From Mytilus edulis (Eukaryota), in contig NC_092354.1 of assembly GCF_963676685.1 (NCBI RefSeq), positions 74,462,001-74,526,000 on the forward strand: DNA of 64,000 nucleotides, in the 5' to 3' direction. Shown in pieces: positions 1 through 12,700 of this stretch (the first letter of the stretch is position 1; the number at the start of each line of letters is the position of its first letter). Position numbers and translations under genes: made by a program. The notes under the pieces were generated by a model. That model saw only the letters and a program-made list of their open reading frames with translations. It had not been told where the DNA came from and ran no database searches.

Positions 1-475
1 TGTAAGCGAGATCCCAACCCTCCCTCTAACCCAGGACAGTGGTATAACAGTACAACATAAGCATGATAAGGTCAAACTATTAAAATCAGTTGAAAAGGTG
101 CAACTCATTATTATTTATCTATATTTATTAAACAATCAAAACCTATCATGTGTCAAAAATTTAATTACATCTTACAACATCTGCAAATGCGATTGCCTCT
201 AGAAATGTTGTTATAGTGACCGGTGTCTAAATATAATTTCTTCAAGCTTCCACTACGTTGTTTTGAAGTTATGCTTTAAAATAGTGACATATTGTCAACT
301 CATATTGCAAAGAACAACAAAACAATTGAGTCAAATATATGTTAATATTTAAAAATACTAAAAGTATAATTGGCTAGTTCATTCAAAGGCAGTATTTATT
401 AGCAAATATACAAATACTTATATGAAAAGCTAAGTAATGATATCTTGAACTGTGTCATTTTGGACCCTAAAAACA

Positions 476-789
476 TCAATCGACAAGAATAAGTTTGCAG
501 TAACTTTCACAATTTTCTAAAATTTCTGTAACCAGATGTGGATTCCTACCAGATCTTTCTAAAGCTTCGAGTAGTTCTCTCATTGTTGATTCATCGTCTC
601 TGTTTCTCCAGCAATATAGCATTTGCCTACTGATTTCACGGAGTACTTTTGACTTGTCGTATTCAATCTGTTCCAGACGTTCGATTTCAAGACCCAGTTC
701 TAAGCCAAGAACCATCCACTTAATACGAAGACACAATTTGTCAAGCATCTCATCACTTGGCCAGAGATTCAGAATCTTATCAGTCAAAT
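476..789 (-). CDS. Terminal death-domain exon of the ROCO pseudogene
   Basis: PSDEMLDKLCLRIKWMVLGLELGLEIERLEQIEYD...QMLYCWRNR...RELLEALERSGR is a typical death-domain pattern. AG acceptor at 790-791. In-frame 2-codon deletion relative to the paralog (RIGKEW > RIKW). Confidence 0.85.
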
Positions 790-1651
790 CTCAAACAAAT
801 ATTTACTTTAGATTTTCATACAGTATAAGCTAGTACATGTTATAGCAATTTGGTCAAACTATGTTTAGGAATTCCGTTAGATAATATGTGTGTGTACATT
901 TTAGAATGAAGTATCAACACCCTTAAAGATGGAGGTCTTTTTTTTGTGATTTTACTTTATTCTTCAAACATCAAAACACGTTGTTTTTTTTTTAAATAAA
1001 AACATATATTTTTAATAAATTACACTAGCAAGCATCAATATCATACTTTGAACTTACAATGTTTTTTTCAACATTCTGTCATTAGAGTTAATTTATTCGT
1101 TTCAACTTACCCCAGCAAAACATAAGTAATTCGCATCTATGATGCGATCAATTTTTAAATTCCTTGACACTTTGCCTGTTATATCACATCCTATATATAA
1201 TTGATATGCCTGTTTCTTTTCCTTTTTTTGGCATTCGTTTGCTGACTTACAATATAAGCTTGTGGAACAAAACATATTCTTTTCATTGTTAGAAAATTCC
1301 TTATCCGGTAGCAAATCAAGACAATACAACACAATTTTTAGAAATATTTTGAAACGGATTTTTTCACTTAAATATATTATATATATTATTCAATCAAATC
1401 GTATAGCTTTATGTTAATATTTCATATCCTCCTATAAAATAATGTTAATGTAACTTGATTTTCGAAATTTTATGTCTTGCAAACTTTTTTGTTAGGCGAC
1501 AGAAAATGGTCTTTATAATAAGCTACATACAAGGATATATTGTCGACGTGGTTAAACAAATGCATATATTGGTGAACCTATACAGTCTACCGTATGTATA
1601 ATGACTTGGTGCAATCATGGTAAAATTTGTTTTGGCATTCAAATACAAACA

Positions 1652-2008
1652 GTAGTAAAAGAGCCGTGGTGTAGTGGTTAGTGCATCGGACTACTAACAC
1701 AAAGGTTCCTGGTTCGATTCCCGTCTGGGATAAAAATTTCAGGAACTGAATTTTCGACTCTCCCTTGGCACCATTTGCGAGTATGGTCTCGAGGAAACGA
1801 TGATAGTCCGTCGGAAGGAAACGATAAATGGCTGACCCGTGTTAAGAGAGAGCCATATCTCTTGCACTTTAAAGACACCATTGTAGATTTCGAAAAAGAG
1901 CAGGCTAATGCCGCTACAAGGCAGCACTCGCACCCGCAAAGTGGAAAGGGATTAATATAAGTTGCTGAACTTGTTTCCCAATCCACTATAAATAAATATA
2001 TTTAAACT
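1652..2008 (+). mobile_element. tRNA-derived SINE (MetaSINE-like core)
   Basis: Pol III A box TGGTGTAGTGG and B box GGTTCGATTCC, AT-rich tail, 11-bp target-site duplication AAATACAAACA (1641-1651 and 2009-2019). Confidence 0.85.
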
Positions 2009-2509
2009 AAATACAAACACGTTACAAATAAATAGAATGTAGCACCTTGAACCTATTGTGAATTTTACTTTATGTCAGAGTGTTTGCTATCATAAATATA
2101 TATTATAACAAATCATACCAGTAGTCACTTCTTCTTGTCGTAGAATCTACAATTAAACAAATATTTAAGTTGTCTGAACCTAGGCCTTTGTAGTAAACTA
2201 AGTAAACATTTTAACCTCATTTTATCCTCGATTTCTGATTGGTTCGTAAGTTTTTTCATGAATACTTTTGTTAGTGTTGTTTGTATTATTGCGTTTTCTT
2301 GACGATTACTGATATTGGTTATTTGTTTCCACTTTTTTCTCTTTATTTGTAAACACCAACAACATTATTTAAATAAAAAATACAAATGGAAAACGAAAGC
2401 CGTCCTTGCATATTTCTGATTTCATCTAGAAAGTGTATTGTTCCTGATTTTCATTTTATAAAAGATATTTTGAAACAAGAAATAAAGATTATGAAAAAAA
2501 TTTAATTAG

Positions 2510-2700
2510 GATGAAGAATACCTAGTAGGAAACACCAACGCATTCAGGGTAAATGAAAAAGGTGTCATCATAGCGAATAACACAACATTCAACCACTTAA
2601 CGGATATTGAGTTGTATGTAAGTATTATAATATGTCAAAGAATACAAATGTTAATAGATGCAGGTAAAGCAAGGTTAGAATTGACATATTCATATACAAG
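2510..2700 (+). pseudogene. Orphan duplicated exon (plus downstream intron) of the cadherin-like gene
   Basis: 2510-2617 reads DEEYLVGNTNAFRVNEKGVIIANNTTFNHLTDIELY|gtaagt, homologous to 21311-21421. Similarity continues ~80 nt into the intron. Confidence 0.8.
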
Positions 2701-2738
2701 TATTTGATAATTGTAATATTCACAATGTTATGTAGTTT

Positions 2739-2990
2739 GATGCATATATGGGTACATCGACTTTACCACAAATTTAACCCATTTACCAGAGTAAAGATTC
2801 TCTCAGACAAGGTAAACGTTAGATGCATACATGGGTACATCGACTTTACCACAAATTTAACCCATTTACCAGAGTAAAGATTCTCTCAGACAAGGTAAAC
2901 GTTAGATGCATACATGGGTACATCGACTTTACCACAAATTTAACCCATTTACCAGAGTAAAGATTCTCTCAGACAAGGTAAACGTTGGAT
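2739..2990. repeat. 83-bp tandem repeat x3
   Basis: Unit GATGCATACATGGGTACATCGACTTTACC...AGGTAAACGTTA; the same motif ends at 2760, 2843 and 2926. Confidence 0.95.
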
Positions 2991-3733
2991 GGGTTTGGTT
3001 ATTATTCTTATAATATAAAGCTCTACACGTGTTCCGGAATTAATGCATCACTGGTTTTCAAACGTTTAGCTTTGAGCGTTTGACCGTTCTTGATTAAGGT
3101 TTCTCAGAAAACCGCATGGGACGAATATCAGTTAAAAAGTGTTATTTTCATTAAATTAAAAAAGTCATGTGATAACAAATATCTTGTATGTATTTGGTTT
3201 TCATGTTATATTTGTTATTCTCGTGGTGTTTTGTCTGATGCTTGGTCCGTTTCTGTGTGTGTTACGTTTCGGTGTTATGTCGTTGTTTTCCTCTTATATT
3301 TAATGCGTTTCCCTCGGTTTTAGTTTGTTACCCCGATTTTGTTTTTTGTCCATGGATTTATGAGTTTTGAACAGCGGTATACTACTGTTGCCTTTATTTT
3401 TGTATAATAACCAACGTATTTAGATTTTCTTTCTTTTCGATTTTTAAAATGAACGGTATTCCCTAATGCAACTTGTATCAGAAAAGGGCATACAGTACAG
3501 TTTTATTCGTGTTTTTTTTATAACTGGTACAAATAATCTTCTCACATGAAAAAAAAAAAATAAAACAGAGGGGTTCATGTACTCATTTTCCATCTAATGA
3601 TTAAAATCAGCCAAAAACATCTTTTTCTGAAATCTTATAGTTTTACATTAACGTTGAATGAATAACGTTTTACGTTAGCATTGTAATTACCTCCATACTA
3701 ACTGTATCATATGCCCTTACAGATTGATCGTAC

Positions 3734-3993
3734 CTGACACATGGTATGTCTGTTGATTTTAACAGCATCCATAGCCTTGACGAAATCTCTACATGATTTG
3801 TTCTTCTCTCTGCAGATACGAAGGCTATAAAATTTATTCATAGGAATAGAATCAGAACCAATGGCATCAATTTCAGTATTAGAGACTCCAAGGTGGAATG
3901 CCATTTTACGCACTTCATCCAAGGTCAAGCAGTTACTAATACGAAGCAGCTGTGCGTCGTTGAGTAGCATCGACAGAACGGCATCTAGTATAT
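3734..3993 (-). CDS. First death-fold exon of the ROCO pseudogene
   Basis: 260-nt phase 1-0 exon, LLNDAQLLRISNCLTLDEVRKMAFHLGVSNTEIDAI...MCQ|gt; same length as paralog exon 42288-42547. Confidence 0.8.
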
Positions 3994-4509
3994 CTGTATT
4001 AATTTATTTAAATGATAAAAAAAACCATAAGGGGATGAACATGTGTAGTACCCTTACTTAATATATCATTACATATCATCACCGATGCTTCTAACTGTTC
4101 TCGATTAACACTTATTGTACAAGAAAATTAAAAGGTTACAAATTGTACAGTTTAGTTTTTTTGTTTGTAAAATACAGTCTGAAGTTGTATATATAGTTTA
4201 TAGTGCATTTGCAGTTATTCAATTTAAAATATGTTTTGTACATGAATAACGCCGTTAGTTTTCTCGTTTGAACTGTTTTACATTGTCATTTCGGCTGACT
4301 CTGCGGTATGGGCTTTGCTTTGCTCATTGTTGAAGGAAGTACGGTGACTTATATAGTTGTTTACTTCTGTGTCTTTTTGTCGCATGTGGGGGTTGTCTCA
4401 TCGACAATCATATAACATCTTCTTTTTTATATTTGTATCTTGCTTAACTTCTGGACACACAGAAAATATATCAATATATTGCAATAACATCTTCATCCCT
4501 TATATATCA

Positions 4510-4860
4510 TGTACTGTAGTACGCCGCTAGATTAAAACTGACGAGGAAAGGTAACATACGGCCAGCGAAAGCTCTTTTTTTGAGAGCCCAGGTGGTCGTG
4601 TGGTCTAGCGGGACGGCTGCAGTGCAGGCGATTTGGTGTCACGATATCACAGTAGCATGGGTTCGAATCCCGGCGAGGGAAGAACCAAAAATTTGCGAAA
4701 GCAAATTTACAGAACTAACATTGTTGGGTTGATGTTTAGACGAGTTGTATATACATTATGTACACAGCCATGTATCACCATCATTGATGGCGATCCGATG
4801 GATACATCTGTTGTAGAGTTGTCACTGACTCAGACGTACTTATAAATATAATTATCATCT
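4510..4860 (+). mobile_element. Repeat with internal tRNA-like Pol III promoter (SINE-like)
   Basis: A-box-like TGGTCGTGTGG (~4593) and B box GGTTCGAATCC (4660-4670); GC-richer than the flanks. Boundaries are approximate. Confidence 0.6.
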
Positions 4861-5983
4861 GTGGTCCGATAAAAGTGTTTCTTAATTCTTAAAATGTGTG
4901 TCTGTTACTATAGTATGTAATTTTACATGTTTTATCATGACATATACAAAAAAAGTTACAAAAATACAAAAGAAGGACTCTTTGATATTGACTCAAATTG
5001 TGTTTACCTTGGCAGGAATCTGCACACTGTAAGATAGTCTGAAAGATTACAAAACATACAGGTGTGTTAAAAAATACAAATTGCCAAACAACAATCAAAA
5101 GAAAAAATGGTGGGTTGAATCTGGTTTTGTGGCATGCCAAACCTCGCACTTTTATGGCAATGTTAAATATAACATTAAAATGACAACATAATATTACAGG
5201 ACTACAGACAAATAAATAGAACATATTAGCCAAAGAAACACACGAATAATAGCTAACAAAGGCGTCAAGTTTAAATTTAATACGCCAGAAACGCGCATCG
5301 TGCACACAAGACAGACACAGCATACACATCACGGATATTAAGAAAGCCTGAAGGAATAACATAACAATAATAAAGAACTGGGAGCATGGACAATATACGC
5401 GTCTCAATTCTGCATCTCCTACCATTGACGGATTTTTTCTGCAAAAACATGTTATAAAATCTACAAAGGCTACGTTTTGGTTTACGGGCGCAAAAAGATG
5501 TTTGACCCCGCCTCATTATGTTTGTGGCTGTCCCAAAATTTTACTTTGAGTGGTCCTGATGAGGATTAAATCAGAAAATAGTTGAAGTCGCATGCAATGA
5601 CAAAGTTTTCTTTTTAGAAGTTTTCTTAGTTTACTAGTATACGATTAACTGAAAAGCATACTTGAAATGATCGAGATAAAAACGAGAAGAAGGAGAGACA
5701 ATCAAACCTTGACGTTCGCCACATTGTCACGTGCATATTCCAAATGAGGAATTTCGTCAATATTTAATTAATTAGCAAATCAAATATTTATTCACAGCTG
5801 TAAGACCTATATTCTTTTGTGAATATTAAGCTCGTTTCTTGTTTTTCAATCAAATTTTCGATAATGGAACAATCAACTAGGATTGAGTTATAATATCGAT
5901 AACAAAGTTGTGGTTTTAAATCCTATTTCTGCATGCAATCACTAAAGAAAACTGTTTTCTGTAATTTACTTATAAAAACTTAC

Positions 5984-7195
5984 CCTGTCAGTGTACCAAA
6001 TTTCTAGTTCAGATTTGGGGGTAATATATCCATGGTTATCACATACCCAACTGGTTTCGATGCTGTTTACATTCTTCGCATCTAGCAAGCAATTTGGTGA
6101 CAGACATCCAGATTTCAACTTTACATCAAATGGAACGTACCTCTGTGTAATGTTATCACTTGTGAATGACAGGGAGTAGACTTCCGAAATTCTAGCAAGG
6201 TTTTGTTCTAAACATTGGCGGACACAAGTCGCAAGATCTCTAGTTACCAACTCTTTTCTATCCTTGTGAACTATGTACACTGCAATAGTATTATGTTCAG
6301 TTTTCACTACTAAATTATGTTTCCTGTCCAAGACAACAGCAACAAATCCAGAGAAGAGCAGGTCTACATTTTCATAACTTTTGACATTTCAAATGCTTAG
6401 AATGCTTGCTATGAGTCTTCATGGTATTGCATCGGGAACATCTGAAGCGCTGAATTCAAATATAAAGCCAACACATTTGTCAGATGTTAAATGTTTTTCA
6501 ACAAAGGTTGTCGTATTTTGAGTCGTGATCATACAAGGTACAATATAACAATCCACATTTATCTTCTTTCCATTTTCTCTATCGTATCGTCTCATTTCTG
6601 ATAGAATGTCATAGTGAACTAAAAGTTGCTGGAAATATTCTTTATGTTTCAGAAAGTTGGAGAATTTGTTTGAACTCCAGATATTTGACAAATCAGATTT
6701 AGTAAGTCGTCCCTGACGTAAACTTGCTATAATTGGGACAGATGTGACGATAGACTTCAGGACATCAATTAAACAAGTTGAATCAATTACTATGTAGCTT
6801 TGGAGCTTTGGATCATCGATATATGTTATCTTGCCGCAAATATTCTGAACGCCTATGAATAATTCCAACTCTTTAGTAGAGAGTGGCTTTACACCGTTTT
6901 GTGTATACAGTTTTTTGACATCTTCAAAACTGATTATATGTTTTCCCTCCTCAACTAAAGCTGCAAACAGCATCTCAAGCATGAGAAACTGTTTTGGTAC
7001 CCTCTGTTCCTACTGTGGATTTTCAGTTATAGTCGTTGATATGCATGCTCTTAATTCTTCCATTTCAGGGTCGTTCTCATTTAAGGCATTAACAAAGAAA
7101 AGTTTTTGTAACATAAGATGGCTCTTGACATTCACATCAGTAAAACAAGCTGATAAAGTATTTAACAGTTGTGATCGTCTATTTGGTATGCCTCT
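5984..7195 (-). pseudogene. Roc C-terminus/COR exon of the ROCO pseudogene with three nonsense codons
   Basis: Colinear with 45997-47208. Changes: ENPQW>ENPQ*, DAIPR>DAIP*, LSIW>LSI*. These explain the split ORFs 6419-6982 and 5966-6331. Confidence 0.9.
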
Positions 7196-7667
7196 CTAAA
7201 AGTGAAATGTATAATATTATATAACTTGTCTTTGAAAATAAGTTGAAATGGGTTTCCACCAATGGATAAAAAACGACTTATGTAGATATTTGAGTAGGAT
7301 TCAAAATACGTTGCATCCATACGCGGTAAACATTTAAAAAGTTAGTTCAAAGATTTAACTTTCCCCTTATATAAAAATATCTGTATAACATGTAATGTGA
7401 ATAAAAACAAAACCAAATATAATGTGAGCATATTATTACCTGACAGACAAGGTCTTTGTGGGTTGCTACAAATATCAATCTTGGATAATCTTTATTTATA
7501 TCAGGATGGCTGTACAGAAGAATTGATGAAACCCATAGTCGGATATTTTCTGCAAAATCATGTAATAAATCCTAAAATTATTTCCCTTGGAAAAAGGCTT
7601 TCAATAAAAAAAAAATGATGACAACAGATTTAGAAGATTATTAGATAAGAAAATACGATAATTGATA

Positions 7668-7860
7668 TTAGACCGTTGGTTTTCCCGTTTGAATGGTTTT
7701 ACACTAGTAATTTGGGGGGCCTTTATAGCTTGTTGTTCGGTGTGAGCCAAGGCTTTGTGTTGAAGGCCGTACGTTGACATATAATGGTTTACTTTTATAA
7801 ATTGTTATTTGGATGGACAGTTGTCTCATTGGCACTAATACCACATCTTCCTTTATCTAT
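7668..7860 (+). repeat. Abundant short interspersed repeat ending ...GTCTCATTGGCA.T.ATACCACATCTT
   Basis: Related copies at ~4240-4432, ~13620-13660, ~24870-25012 and, reversed, ~22410-22580. Confidence 0.7.
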
Positions 7861-9361
7861 TAGTATTAATAAAAACAAAAACAAGTCTAGCAAGTAAGGT
7901 TGAAAGTTACAATTATAGAATAACTAATCGAAGAACTCAAATAGAAAAAAACATTCAACAAGTAACCGAACAACACATTAAATCTCGAATGCGCGTTTGT
8001 TGAATATTAGTTATTATTCTTTTTACATTGGCAATTTTTTTTTCATGAAATAAAAGTCGAAAATGTAAGGATTTTTTTTCTACACATACACAATTATCGA
8101 CAACGTCATGACAATGTATAGTGTTGTATTACGTCAGATATGTGATTTAACCACGTTTATTTCGCAGGTGAACTTATTGATTTTTATTTCACTTTTCAAC
8201 TTATTGTTTTTTTTTCCACATGTGAACTTATAGGTTTTTATTTCACTGCAATTCCTTGTGACCAATGAAATAATACATTTTAAGAAGCGCTCGAAATAAT
8301 AATTCTAATTTGAATACTACATTAAATGAAATGCATATGCTTCAGAAAATGACTCTGTGCTTGTTTGTTGCAGATTAATTTTTAAATTTAGCACAACCAT
8401 GAAAATCACTTGTCGATTAACAATTGTAAATGCTACAATAAAATCAAAATTGAAATTGTATTGCTGCTGTGCAAACATAATTTAAAAGAATGAAATAAAG
8501 ATTCTTTAAATGATTTGTTTATCATTATTCATTCAAATCTAGAAAATGTTTTGCACCACACATTTACAGTAGAACATATATAATTAATGGCCTATACAGA
8601 CCAGTGGTTCTATTCGGCAGCTTTGATTTTTAAAACCAACTAGAATAATCAATATATCAATCAAAGTACAGCTTACATAGTGTTGAAGAAATTTAGAGAT
8701 TGACATATTATGCAGATACGGGTAAACTGTTACACTATTTTGATCATGAGTGGTCGTTTCTTTTTTAATTTGTAATGCTTGTATTAGAACTGTATGTGCT
8801 GTCTTAGTGACGTATGCCAGATTTCTGTATTGGTATTATATAACCTAAAGCAAAAAATAAAACTTCTTTCTGATTAAATCCAACTGACACAGATTTCATG
8901 TTATAGACATACCAAGTATTGTTATCCTTCTTTCCTCTTCTTTGTCACTTTAAGCGTCATTCAACTCTCTGCTGCCATTAAATGGGATAAGATAAATTCC
9001 ATGTGAAGTGATAAATGTCTGATGGGTTGCATGGTATACTATTTGTCAAGCGAAATCTAAGACAGGAATTGGTATAACGTCTTGATCACTAGCATGGTCT
9101 GTTAAACTGTCATCTTCAAATACCTCTATTTTTTTAGAAAGTTTTTGTAATATATCATCATTTGGAATATCAGGTTGCGTTTTCCCTGGTAATGCACCCT
9201 TCTGTTGTATAACATTTTCTACTCTTACTGATTTAAGATATGATAAAACCTTTTGGTATATTGCTTTAGGAAAACTGTGAACACCTTAGGAAAAAAAATA
9301 AGCAGTGACTAGATGTCGTCGACAGTCATACCATAATGTTACAAGTAAGTTCTTCTATTAA

Positions 9362-9782
9362 GGGTGACTGGGGTATAGAAATATGGTCACTTGGTCTTCT
9401 CCCGACCGGCAGTAAAACGCTTGCCGAAGTGGGGCGTCCGTTTGGCTGTGCGGGATGTATCAAGTTCGCAGTCACGTCCGGTCAGAAGGGGGACGTTAAA
9501 TCCGATGCCTCGTGTAAAGAGAGTGCCACGCTCTTTGCACGTTGACAACCCTTTCAACAACTCTATGAGGGGTCCGTAGGTGGCCTGTTGCAAGGCAAAA
9601 TTTCTGTCCCTATCCAATATTCCCTCATTTTCCAGTGGCAGTCCAACTTTCCCCGACTATCATCCCAGATGGCCTCCATTGTATCAACCTACCTATTGTA
9701 TTTATTGTGAACTTGTTCTCGTCCTGAATATGCATGAAATATTTGCCACTGGACGTTAAGCAACCAACAATCAATCAATCAA
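9362..9782 (+). mobile_element. 5'-truncated SINE with MetaSINE-like core and (CAAT)n tail
   Basis: Core GGGGACGTTAAATCC...CGTGTAAAGAGAG...TTGCACGTT is shared with the SINE at 1652. Tail GGACGTTAAGCAACCAACAATCAATCAATC. 9-bp TSD TTCTATTAA (9353-9361 and 9783-9791). Confidence 0.8.
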
Positions 9783-12700
9783 TTCTATTAATTGGTATAT
9801 AAACATAATAATAGTTAAATACAATAAGAAAATATTCCAAGATGTTTTTTGAATGCGATCTTCTTTATATGGTCTGACTTAGAAATATCTTAAACATTGA
9901 AGGATTATAAACATAAACTGCCAGAACCTCAGGGCGAGACACATTACTATTAGATATTTTGTACATGTCTGAAATTTGCTTTGGTCTTATCAAAAAATGT
10001 ACGTAGCAGGGTATATCCATCAGCATAGCTTTACGGTATTGACTACCGCTTTGTAATGTCACGTGAATGATTTTTTTAAACGAAATCATTTGATGGGAGC
10101 AAGTGCTTGATTTTATATGTGTTAATTGACAATATATATTTCAAATTTTACACAGTTTAATATTCTTTATTGTAACACCCTTTTGTTTTGCACAAGTATG
10201 TTATAACTTTTTTTGTATATATATCAATTATACTTGTCTTGATTTTTATACAAATGATTTCATTCAACGGAGGACAAAATCAGGGAGAAACCTGAAAATC
10301 TAAAATGTATAGTCTGATAGTCTAACGAATACCAAGTCCTATAGCACTGTCTCCATGTTGATACTTTGCATCAACTCAAATGATAATTACTGCACGATAA
10401 CATGTTTATTTTAGATCCCGTGAAATAATTACTATTTACCCTTTGTCTTTTTCAGAAGTTTCTGTGTTTTCAGATCAAATAGTAATTTTCCGAAGTACAT
10501 ATATATACCATCAGTACTCTGTCTCTCTCTTGGGATGGTTTTACCGATTAAATTCGACACAAGCGTTGTTATACCAGCTTCGTAGGCTCCAACTACTAGA
10601 ATTCTGCTGTCAAACGATGGTACTAAATCCCCAGATAAAAGTTGTAGAAGATCATTTTTGTTATCTACAATTAAATATCATCCACAAAAATAACAACATG
10701 TTACCTGCAATAAAAATTATTACAGCCTCCACATAGGAAGCACTATAGTGGTAGTCGCTGGTGGCTGGCTACTAGAAATTTGTCTGGTTAACTTCTTTTT
10801 CATTTGAATTTGTTCATTATTTCAATTCATTTGAATAAAAACCATGGTTTTTATTACTTGTTAAATGTTTACCGAACAGTGTAAATCTTATTTTATATCT
10901 ATATATTTATTTCTCAACAAATAATTAACAGTGGTTTGTACAGTCAACATGGTATTAGCAACAAAACAAGATATATGATAGAGATATGAAAAAAATACGG
11001 ATCAATATCTGTACAATATAAGAGGAAAGGTTCTAATTCGTAATCAATTAAACTCACGTCTTGAGATTTTCCTTAATATTTCCCCTGGAAAAACAAAAAC
11101 AAATCAGTAGTATTGTACAACGTATTATTTAATGGTTAAAAACAGAACGTATTTCTACAGTTAAAAATATAAACTATAAGAGTGACACGAATAACAATAA
11201 TGCGCTAAGTACATTGATAATTATTGACACATCAGAATAATTATAAAAGGATTAATTGTGTTGAATGAAATGGACCAACATAAGTCTTGCTGATCATTTC
11301 GGCTGGGCTAAGTGGCTGTATATCTGTAATTATTTTAAAAGTGTTTGCCTAAATTTAAAATAAAGGTAGGACAAATATCTGTTAACTATTTGCGTCATTT
11401 CGAATAACTTTTACAACTTAGTTTGCTGAAATTTGTTGTGCTTCAATCTACTATACTTTCTGCAAATAATGCAAACATGGGGGAATATTCATTTTAACAA
11501 GAAATTAGTTGAAATTGTAATTCTTGATAAGATGTAGATCTTATTTTGCTAAAAGGTTTGGCTGCTTACTTTCTTCTATTTTTCTTTTTCTATCAAAGTC
11601 TAAAATAAATCTTATTTTAGTTTAGACCAGGCAAGTACTTGTAAAACAATGTACTTTATGATACAATAATATTTAACAAAAAAACTTTATTATAAATTCT
11701 GTTTTTAATAAAAGTGAAAATCGCTTCGCATTGATTTCTGTGATAGTAAATTAATTAACAGTATACATTTAGCCTATACAGTATTCTGTATGGTTGTCTT
11801 ATTTTACACGTTGTAGTTTTCCCCAGTTTTTGTCAAATCAGCAAGCTTCTTTTCTTCAGACCTCTCTTCTTTCCTTTCTATGTTGACTATTCTTCTGCCG
11901 TCTGATGACTGTAACAATCTGATCTAAATGCGGTATTGATGGAACCTGGCCAAATATTTGTAGCGTTTCATGAAAGTCGTGTTTGCCCAATCATGTCTGA
12001 CAATGTTCAATTGATCATGTGTCCTCTAAGCGCATAAAGTGTCCTCTAACTATTATTAAGCTCTGCAGATCTTTTAATTTGCCTCAAATTGTGAAGTCAA
12101 CTAATAACTAAGACCTCCAATTACAAGCGACAGATATAGTAATTAAACTGTGTCTGTTCAGCATCATATTTTAATTCGCTTAGATGTTTTAACTGATATC
12201 TTTCCCCGGTTTTCCGGTTGAAATCCGAATTACTTTCTTCTTTTCTTACATGTCTTAGATTTAAAAAGATGTGTGTTCTCTTTTCCGTTATTTTGTACTA
12301 TTTGTTTTTGGTTTTTTTCGGTCGTTTTCGCTTCTTTTCTGTAAATCGTGACTCTTTATGTAAATTATTGGACCGATCTTATGTTCTCATTTTCAGACAA
12401 TAGATTTGTTTGGTAATCTCAAATCTAACGCACTCTCAGAAAATTTCTTATTTAAAAAAACCCAGTTAAGACTTTAACCATTGAGATGATAATTAGATCA
12501 GTGGAATACATTGATGCAAAGATCGTTTGTCTTTGATGAAGTAATCTGGCAACTGTTTTGCATTGTTTCCTGTTAAGTTTTTGTGTGAAATGTATCAAAA
12601 ATATTAAAACAAAAATTAAATTGTAAGTCAATAAACCATCAAATACTCCCGCAGTTTTGTCCAACTCTCATCTAAAATGGGAAACTAAAATGTAACAAAA

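Noticed and set aside
1663-1735. Functional tRNA gene
   Set aside because: It continues into a SINE body, tail and TSD, so it is a SINE head.
4889-5425. 178-aa hydrophobic ORF
   Set aside because: Mostly repeat-derived sequence; only 5008-5038 is a real microexon.
6389-9048. Selenocysteine or readthrough explanation for the in-frame TGA codons
   Set aside because: TAG and TAA stops also occur, and the TGAs align to G, R and W, not Cys.
11800-12420. Possible coding relic within the ROCO pseudogene intron
   Set aside because: Multiple stops in the frames read and no identifiable motif.
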